64,000 bases of DNA from Candidatus Moraniibacteriota bacterium (GTDB lineage: Bacteria > Patescibacteriota > Minisyncoccia > Moranbacterales > UBA2206), in assembly GCA_026396175.1 (NCBI GenBank), contig JAPLXG010000002.1:25490-89489 (forward strand), written 5' to 3'. Numbering within the stretch: position 1 is the first letter of the stretch; each line of letters begins with the position of its first letter. Under the pieces are notes generated by a model that was not told the origin of the DNA, did no database searches, and worked only from the letters and a program-made list of their open reading frames with translations. Both the position numbers and the translations under genes were made by a program. Below are positions 56,817 to 64,000 of this stretch, one piece after another.

Positions 56817-57323
56817 ATGCCCTCCATAAGAGTACCGAAGCAATTCAATACCTCTGTCTATTTCTTAACTTTCAGTATAAAAAATCTATACTACCTTTTC
56901 GACCGCCAATACCGTTGGAATATCTTGACCGATTCTTTGAAATATTGCCAAACCAAAAAAGGCTTGAAAATTTTTGGTTTTGTTTTTATGCTCAATCACA
57001 TTCACCTGATCATCTTTTCGAATGATATCGCCGGATTTATACGCGACTTCAAAAGATTTACCGCTAAAAAATTACATGAAAATATCCAATCAACTGAACC
57101 GAATGTTTTGGGATTATTTTCAGATGAGAGCGGAACTTATGAATTTTGGGCAAAAACCAATATGCCTAAACTAATTGAAACTCAAGATTTTTTTGAACAA
57201 AAAATGCAATATATTCACAATAATCCGGTCAAGAAAAACTACGTGATGCGACCAGAAGATTGGTATTGGTCATCGGCTAACCCATCTTGTGAGTTAAGAG
57301 TTGATGATATTTATGGCTTATAA
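56817..57323 (+). CDS. REP-associated tyrosine transposase (RAYT) / IS200-like HuH transposase
   Basis: HuH motif NHIHLII; C-terminal YIHNNPVKKNYV...WYWSS block with catalytic Tyr region, typical of COG1943/TnpA_REP proteins. Confidence 0.75.
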   Translation: MPSIRVPKQFNTSVYFLTFSIKNLYYLFDRQYRWNILTDSLKYCQTKKGLKIFGFVFMLNHIHLIIFSNDIAGFIRDFKRFTAKKLHENIQSTEPNVLGLFSDESGTYEFWAKTNMPKLIETQDFFEQKMQYIHNNPVKKNYVMRPEDWYWSSANPSCELRVDDIYGL

Positions 57324-57324
57324 A

Positions 57325-57500
57325 ACACAAGGAGCATAGTGCAACTATGCTCCTGCCAAAAAGGTTGCGGGAGCAGGGTTGCATTAAGATTGCAGGAGCA
57401 GGGTTGTACCCTGCTCCTTTCAATTTACAAGACTAATATTATCAAGTAGCCATGAAGGTTAATAAAATATAAGAAGTCTAGTACAACTATGCTCCTGCCA
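57325..57500. repeat. REP-like hairpin array downstream of the RAYT gene
   Basis: AGGAGCATAGTGCAACTATGCTCCT, GGGAGCAGGGTTGCA..., AGGAGCAGGGTTGTACCCTGCTCCT, plus a further copy at about 57478..57500. Confidence 0.65.
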
Positions 57501-57633
57501 TATAGAAAAATTTGTAAATATAAAAACAGGTTTAAATCCTGTTTTTTGCTTTCTGAAAATAAAACAACCCCAACTCTCTTGGCAACTAACGCATTACTGC
57601 GTCTTTTGCACTTGAGAATCAGGGTTCTGAAAC

Positions 57634-58014
57634 CTAAAACAGATCGAACCATTTTTGCCGCCTCCCTCGGCTTGGCTCAGTCCACGGACACTCTTCGATT
57701 GCCGCTTCGATTTCTTCAATAGTCGGCTGGCGAAGATCGGGTAAATAAAGAAAAGATTTTGCCTCGGACTCTGTAGAAAAAAATATCTTATAAGCGATTT
57801 CTCCATTGTCCCGCTCATGAATCTGAGCAGCTCTGCCTTTCCCGGGCACTTTCCAAAATAATATTTCCCATTTACCCTCAAACCCCACGCTTTCCCGCGG
57901 AGTCATTTGGCCTTTGGGCGGATCACCCTTCCATTCACCACACTTTCCGATTTTTTTCATATCAACCCCCCACGAAATAAAACAACCCCCGATTCTCTTT
58001 GTGATATTCATCAC
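57634..58014 (-). CDS. Hypothetical protein (higher-GC island)
   Basis: No recognisable motifs; true start may be an internal Met. Confidence 0.4.
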   Translation of the reverse strand: MMNITKRIGGCFISWGVDMKKIGKCGEWKGDPPKGQMTPRESVGFEGKWEILFWKVPGKGRAAQIHERDNGEIAYKIFFSTESEAKSFLYLPDLRQPTIEEIEAAIEECPWTEPSRGRRQKWFDLF

Positions 58015-58068
58015 TCAAGAACCGAGGGGTTGGCTTGCCTCCGCTGAAGTTCAGCATCGGCAAACCGA

Positions 58069-58821
58069 TTAATGTTCGCAGACATAGCAGTCGCTTTGCC
58101 CGCAATTCGGAGAAATGTTCTTATTCCGAAGCTCACGGGCTCCTGCGTACGCATGATTGATACGGGCGGAAATGTCCTTCACGCCGTCCCAGTTTGTTAC
58201 CACAACTTGTATCTCTGATCCTCCCTTTTTGTTGTTGTGGATTTTGGATTGGATTTTGGTGCCCTTGACCTGGTCATTCCAGCCATAGATTAGGGCAAAC
58301 TCACCCAGGGTGGATTCGCCGGTCTTGTGCCAATTGGGATTCTTCGACCGGTTTCCACAGGGAGGATCGGTGCAGGGCAGAGATGTCGGCTTGACATAAC
58401 CGCCGCCCTTGCCGTTCAGCTGTCCAACATTGGCGACATTGATATTCGCCATTTCGATGTTGGCCGTCTGAATGTTTGCCGTTTCGATCTCGGCCAAACG
58501 CACTTTAAGCGTGTCCACCTCAGCCTGCTTCATACAGGCATACTCGAAGTGTGCCTTCTCGAACTCGGCCATTTGGACCTTGAGGTTTCTGACCTCGACA
58601 TCCTTAATCTTGGCTTTTCGAATAAGGGCTTTTCTGATTTTTGCCAGCTCGATTTCGGCTTTTTGAATCTCGGCCTTATCGATTTTAGCATCCTTCACGA
58701 TGAGAGTATTGACCCGCATCGTGTCTGTATTGGTTTCCGTATTTCCATCCGCCCACACCAACGAAAAGGTGCAGGACACAATTGCCACCAAAACAACTAC
58801 CAAAAATTTTAAGCTTTTCAT
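58069..58821 (-). CDS. Secreted pentapeptide-repeat protein with Cys-rich C-terminal domain
   Basis: Signal peptide (MKSLKFLVVVLVAIVSCTFSLVWA), A(N/D)IxxANI pentapeptide-like repeats (ANIQTANIEMANINVANV), then a C-terminal domain with 6 or more Cys. Confidence 0.5.
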   Translation of the reverse strand: MKSLKFLVVVLVAIVSCTFSLVWADGNTETNTDTMRVNTLIVKDAKIDKAEIQKAEIELAKIRKALIRKAKIKDVEVRNLKVQMAEFEKAHFEYACMKQAEVDTLKVRLAEIETANIQTANIEMANINVANVGQLNGKGGGYVKPTSLPCTDPPCGNRSKNPNWHKTGESTLGEFALIYGWNDQVKGTKIQSKIHNNKKGGSEIQVVVTNWDGVKDISARINHAYAGARELRNKNISPNCGQSDCYVCEH

Positions 58822-58850
58822 GGACAGGTCCTCCTCATTTTTTTAAGTTT

Positions 58851-59258
58851 TCAATCATTACCGTTCAACCAGGCCTCATCGGCCTGATCAGATCCATCTT
58901 CGCCGTTAAGCCAAGCCTCATCTTCCGCATCTTCATCAGATGCATTCCGCTTGACTGGTTCGATTTTTTTCAAGTCAACATCTTTTACCACCGGAAGTTG
59001 CACTTCCGGTCCAGTTTTTTTCTGGCTATCAATGGTGGCGGCCGGTTTTGGCAACGCTGTTGACAATGACGTCGTTCTCACTTCCGTCGAGCGGCCCCCA
59101 GCTCTTTCTGCCTTGTGTGCTGCAAGAAGCAGATAGCCAATAAAAAGTAACACAACGGCCACCGCAATAATTACCGGTAACCACCTCTGCCAAAAAGACT
59201 TTTTGGTTGCATATACTGCATCCACCACATCCGGATCCGTATTTACAGGATCTGCCAT
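58851..59258 (-). CDS. Hypothetical single-pass membrane protein with acidic DEAWLNG repeats
   Basis: One TM helix (WLPVIIAVAVVLLFIGYLLLAA); C-terminal duplicated DEAWLNG(E/N)D motif. Confidence 0.4.
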   Translation of the reverse strand: MADPVNTDPDVVDAVYATKKSFWQRWLPVIIAVAVVLLFIGYLLLAAHKAERAGGRSTEVRTTSLSTALPKPAATIDSQKKTGPEVQLPVVKDVDLKKIEPVKRNASDEDAEDEAWLNGEDGSDQADEAWLNGND

Positions 59259-59488
59259 TTTACTTCCTCCTTTTCATAAAGATTATTTTTTTCCAGCAAA
59301 CGCCGGATTCTATTAGCCACCCATAAAATGAAAAGTTTCATTTCAAGAGTGGCCAATAGAAAAATAATCTTTAAAAATATTTCGTCTATTCAATTGTCAA
59401 AAAACTTTGAGTTATTACTCCTTATGGAATATATAAGCGCTTAACTTATATGCTCTAAAGAAATATAATCTTCGATTTTAAGTTGAGA

Positions 59489-59531
59489 CAATCCTGGGGT
59501 ATGCGTATTTACGCAACACACCCCAGGATTG
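59489..59531. promoter_or_regulatory. 12-bp perfect inverted repeat CAATCCTGGGGT..ACCCCAGGATTG with nested palindrome GCGTATTTACGC
   Basis: Seen directly in the sequence; intergenic between two minus-strand island genes. Confidence 0.4.
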
Positions 59532-59544
59532 GTTTGGTGGAAAT

Positions 59545-59967
59545 CTATCTAGCGTTGGGAGCCCAGACGAATTTGCCACCCTGCTGAACCCAACTTCCGC
59601 ACCTTCCGCCAGCACATGGTGGTAATGTTTCTTCTGTCTTGGCAGGCGGCGGAGCTGAGAAATCGGTCGTCCGTGACGCCGGCATATTTGAAACTGCCGT
59701 CGGCGCGATTTGTCGTCCCTCAGTTGGAGCCCAGTCAGACTTTGATTCCTTGATGGGATATCCCTGAGTAGGCGTCCAATCATCCTTAGTCGGCGTTGCT
59801 GAAAACGCTGGTGAAGAAGCCATCACACCACCGCCAGGATTGGCCCCTGGTCCCTTGTATGACCTCGACCATTCCGTTTTTCCCGGTGACGCACAGCCAC
59901 CAGTAATGAGAGCCAGCCCTGCAACAATCACCAGCAGGGAAATAAAAAATACGTGTCTTTTTGTCAT
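59545..59967 (-). CDS. Putative secreted lipoprotein
   Basis: Signal peptide with lipobox-like LITGGC; Pro/Thr/Ala-rich mature region. Confidence 0.45.
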   Translation of the reverse strand: MTKRHVFFISLLVIVAGLALITGGCASPGKTEWSRSYKGPGANPGGGVMASSPAFSATPTKDDWTPTQGYPIKESKSDWAPTEGRQIAPTAVSNMPASRTTDFSAPPPAKTEETLPPCAGGRCGSWVQQGGKFVWAPNAR

Positions 59968-60120
59968 GATCCTTCCTCCTCTGTAAAAAATATTAAATTT
60001 TCAGTCTTCCGGCAGGTCTTTTCCCGCCTTCAGGCTATTGAACGAACTCAAAGCGAATTGCGCTTCTTATTCGTCCCACCTCTTTAATGAGACAGGACGG
60101 AAGGAAAAACAAATCCTAAT

Positions 60121-60825
60121 TTAGAAACTATCCCTGCGATATTCGAATGTTCCACCGGTAAAATTGCTTGTCAAACTATTCTCTTTTTCGCTATTTCTAA
60201 TCAGAAACAATGTTGCCACTTTTTCGCCAAAAACAAAGATTAGTCCGATGGAGAAAAACAGTCCGGCTACGGCTGCCGCAAACACATTGAGCCAAACGAT
60301 TGGGAAGACCGGATCATTAAAATAGATTGGGCCGCCAATTTTTTTCAGCGTTATGTTTTCATTACCATGATATTTAACACCGTTGTCTAGTAGCTCGGAA
60401 ATGATCGCCTCTGTCATTTTGCGATCTTCTTTTTTGCTCAAATCAGAAATTTCCAATTTAAGAATTCCGGCATTGCCCAGGGTTGATACCTTCACTGCCT
60501 TATCCCAATTTTTCATCTGACTTTCCGGAGTCTCGCCATATTTCGCATAGTTCTCTCCCACTTTTTGAAGCACTCCGCCCATAAAGTCAGACGAGCCAAC
60601 CACGCGAGTGAGGACATCGCCGGCAAATTCAGAAGACTTGCTGGCCTGATAGGCATCCGCATTGATGTTTTTTTGCAAAATCAAAATCTGCGTTTCGCTG
60701 CCATATTGCGGAGCAATAATCGTGCTCACGAAAAAAGCCACAGCAGAAAAAACCACAACCGAAGCCAAGATCATCCTCCAGCTTTTGGCAACCATTTTTA
60801 GGCTGATTTCTTTATTATTATCCAT
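60121..60825 (-). CDS. Wzz/CpsC-like polysaccharide chain-length determinant protein
   Basis: Two TM helices (near the N- and C-termini) flanking a periplasmic domain; N-terminal PQYGSETQILILQ resembles the Wzz PKY...ILV motif. Confidence 0.5.
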   Translation of the reverse strand: MDNNKEISLKMVAKSWRMILASVVVFSAVAFFVSTIIAPQYGSETQILILQKNINADAYQASKSSEFAGDVLTRVVGSSDFMGGVLQKVGENYAKYGETPESQMKNWDKAVKVSTLGNAGILKLEISDLSKKEDRKMTEAIISELLDNGVKYHGNENITLKKIGGPIYFNDPVFPIVWLNVFAAAVAGLFFSIGLIFVFGEKVATLFLIRNSEKENSLTSNFTGGTFEYRRDSF

Positions 60826-61009
60826 AAAAAATATAGTTTACGCAATTTATTCTTAACAGTGAACTGTAGCACAAATTAAAGCAGCTGTCAATCAAAAACA
60901 GCCCGAAGCTGTTTTTATGCCCAAATAAGCCCAAATTGACTAAGCTTTTCCGGACTTTTTAAAATCCCTAAAAAATGCTCTGTTTTTGGAAAATGCCCCT
61001 ATAGAAAAC

Positions 61010-61043
61010 TAAAACCCGTCCGGAAATGATATCCGAACGGGCG
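61010..61043 (-). terminator. Putative rho-independent terminator downstream of 61073..61504
   Basis: Hairpin CCCGTTCGG..CCGGACGGG with a U-run on the minus strand. Confidence 0.45.
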
Positions 61044-61072
61044 TTGATCTTTGAAAAAAAGTCGCCTTTATT

Positions 61073-61504
61073 TTATTGAGGTTTCACTGAAGAATGATGG
61101 TGTATAATCTTCCATTTTCCATCATCTTCTTTTTGCCAAACAAAAGAAAATCTGGCCTCAACAACAGATCGAGCGTCTTCTTCGCCCACTTCGAAATTAT
61201 ACATTCCAGAATGCAAGTAAGCACCCTGGCCAAGCGGTTGAACTTCCTCCTGGATAATCTGTCCCTCAGGATTTTTTTCAAGAAAATGCACAAAATACCC
61301 TTCAGCCTCTTTTTTCCCCTTTTTAAATTTAGGGGAAACGGTTGGCAGAAAAGTGGCGCCATCAGCATATAGCTCCGCAACTTTTTTTGGATCCCTGGTT
61401 AATAGGGAACTCTCCCAAAGAACAAAATTCTCCTTGGCAATTTCTTCAAATGTCATCTCTTTTTCTCCTCCTTGTTGATTATTATTCTCCATTGATATTT
61501 CCAT
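61073..61504 (-). CDS. NTF2-like/SnoaL-like domain protein (DUF4440-type)
   Basis: Length and hydrophobic/charged pattern (ELYADGATFLPT...FSFVWQKEDDGKWKIIHHHSS) typical of the NTF2-fold DUF4440 family. Confidence 0.5.
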   Translation of the reverse strand: MEISMENNNQQGGEKEMTFEEIAKENFVLWESSLLTRDPKKVAELYADGATFLPTVSPKFKKGKKEAEGYFVHFLEKNPEGQIIQEEVQPLGQGAYLHSGMYNFEVGEEDARSVVEARFSFVWQKEDDGKWKIIHHHSSVKPQ

Positions 61505-61535
61505 AAAATCAAAAATAAATAATTAACTAAAAAAA

Positions 61536-61967
61536 TTATTCCAAATTCAACCCCCGCTTCGTATAATGCTTCCGCGCCACGCGGATTCGCGCTGATTCTT
61601 TTTGAATCGCTGCCGCCACGCGGGCATATTCTTCGTCGTCCATAGAAATAACCTTATCTTTCAGTTCTTCGGCCCGTTTTCGTGCCTCTTCGGCGCGTTT
61701 TAGATCAATTTCTTCCGCCCGCTCAGCTGTGTCAGCTAGAACTATAAGCGTGTTATTATGAAACTCAATAAACCCGCCAGAGATAGACAGAAAAATTTCT
61801 TCGCCTTTGATCTTCACCATCGCTTCACCTGATTCGAGACTGGTGATGTATGACCTATGATTTGGCAAAATCGTAATCTGCCCATCAGTCGTTTCAAAAG
61901 TCGCTTGATCGACCTCATCTTCAAAGACGGTTTTTTCGGACGTTATTATTTTAAATTTTATCTTCAT
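61536..61967 (-). CDS. atpC: F0F1 ATP synthase subunit epsilon
   Basis: Beta-sandwich N-terminus plus helical C-terminus. Start trimmed to MKIKFKI because the upstream 11 codons are translation of the TGTTCAC repeat. Confidence 0.85.
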   Translation of the reverse strand: MKIKFKIITSEKTVFEDEVDQATFETTDGQITILPNHRSYITSLESGEAMVKIKGEEIFLSISGGFIEFHNNTLIVLADTAERAEEIDLKRAEEARKRAEELKDKVISMDDEEYARVAAAIQKESARIRVARKHYTKRGLNLE

Positions 61968-62012
61968 AGCAGTGAACAGTGAACAATGAACAGTGAACAA
62001 TAATATTCAAAA

Positions 62013-62402
62013 CTATTCATCTTCACATTTTAAACCTTTTAATTTACTTGATATAGTATCGATACTAGACCAAAGCATTTTACTAACTTCTTCAGAGTCC
62101 TCATAAAAATCCATATACTCCGCTTTACTTATATAGCCGCGCTGATAGGCAAAATAAATTTGATACTTTGCTTCTGCCAACGACCCATAGGCTATTTCTA
62201 AAAAATTAAGAAACACCTTGCTTCTATTGCGGGAGTAGCCTTCTACTAAATTTGACGGAACAGATATTAATGCCCTTCTGACTTGTGAGGTTAAGCAGAA
62301 AAGTTCGTCCTTGGGAAATTTCATAGTCAAATCATATCCCTTATTGGCTAACTTATTGGCTTTCTGTTTTAATACTCCGTTCATTTGTTTTTTACTGTTC
62401 AC
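62013..62402 (-). CDS. Four-helix-bundle protein (TIGR02436 / 23S rRNA intervening-sequence protein family)
   Basis: Conserved LISVPSNLVEGYSRNRSKVFLNFLEIAYGSLAEAKYQIYFAYQRGYI block. Confidence 0.75.
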   Translation of the reverse strand: MNSKKQMNGVLKQKANKLANKGYDLTMKFPKDELFCLTSQVRRALISVPSNLVEGYSRNRSKVFLNFLEIAYGSLAEAKYQIYFAYQRGYISKAEYMDFYEDSEEVSKMLWSSIDTISSKLKGLKCEDE

Positions 62403-62419
62403 TGTTCACTGATTCTTGT

Positions 62420-63838
<1,419 letters not shown>

Positions 63839-64000
63839 TTATACTAATATTTAGCTTACAATTTTCAATTTTGAAATTTAAAATTTGAATTGAATTCCAA
63901 ATGTTTTAATTTTAAAATTTAGTAATTTAGCCTTGATTTCAAATTTTAAATTTAGCCTTTTAAATTAAGTTCTACCCTTCCAACGTTGCCTTCCCCGCTG

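Noticed and set aside
61968-62000. First 11 codons of the atpC ORF (MFTVHCSLFTA)
   Set aside because: These are a translation of the TGTTCAC tandem repeat. The canonical epsilon N-terminus begins at MKIKFKI (61967).

Overview
The window is AT-rich (roughly 40% GC by eye), gene-dense, and contains no rRNA genes, tRNA genes or CRISPR arrays. Gene content (ProS without an editing domain, DUF4012 paralogs, a four-helix-bundle IVS-type protein, S16 with a repetitive tail, many hypothetical proteins) suggests a small-genome, possibly Patescibacteria/CPR-like bacterium, but this is inference. Main blocks, in order: (1) a Fic protein; (2) a minus-strand envelope module: ECF sigma, putative anti-sigma, MacA/MacB-type ABC efflux and two paralogous Gly-rich anchored proteins; (3) a PyrE-PyrF fusion and RmuC; (4) ribosomal genes rplL, rplJ, rpsP; (5) a large surface-glycan region with GT2/GT4 glycosyltransferases, flippase, GalU, UDP-glucose dehydrogenase, UDP-sugar epimerase, initiating sugar transferase, O-antigen ligase, radical SAM and a Wzz-like protein; (6) proS, proB, hpf; (7) a cell-wall cluster murB ... 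murC-murG-ftsW interrupted by a P-type ATPase, an IS200-like remnant and a methyltransferase; (8) trmD and a KH-domain protein; (9) atpD-atpC split by an inserted four-helix-bundle gene. The most unusual aspect is the density of short structured repeats: a MITE-like family with TTGTCATCCTGAGCG inverted ends (4 copies), a roughly 250-nt GC-rich multi-hairpin composite element (3 copies, with compensatory stem changes), REP-like hairpins flanking a RAYT/IS200-type transposase, a CCCCGCCGCGGCGGGG-type element at gene 3' ends, AT-rich satellite-like spacers, and perfect GC-rich palindromes inserted in frame inside housekeeping genes (P-type ATPase, TrmD, transposase remnant). There is also a duplicated proS 3' end flanking an AAA ATPase gene and a higher-GC putative island with a secreted pentapeptide-repeat protein.
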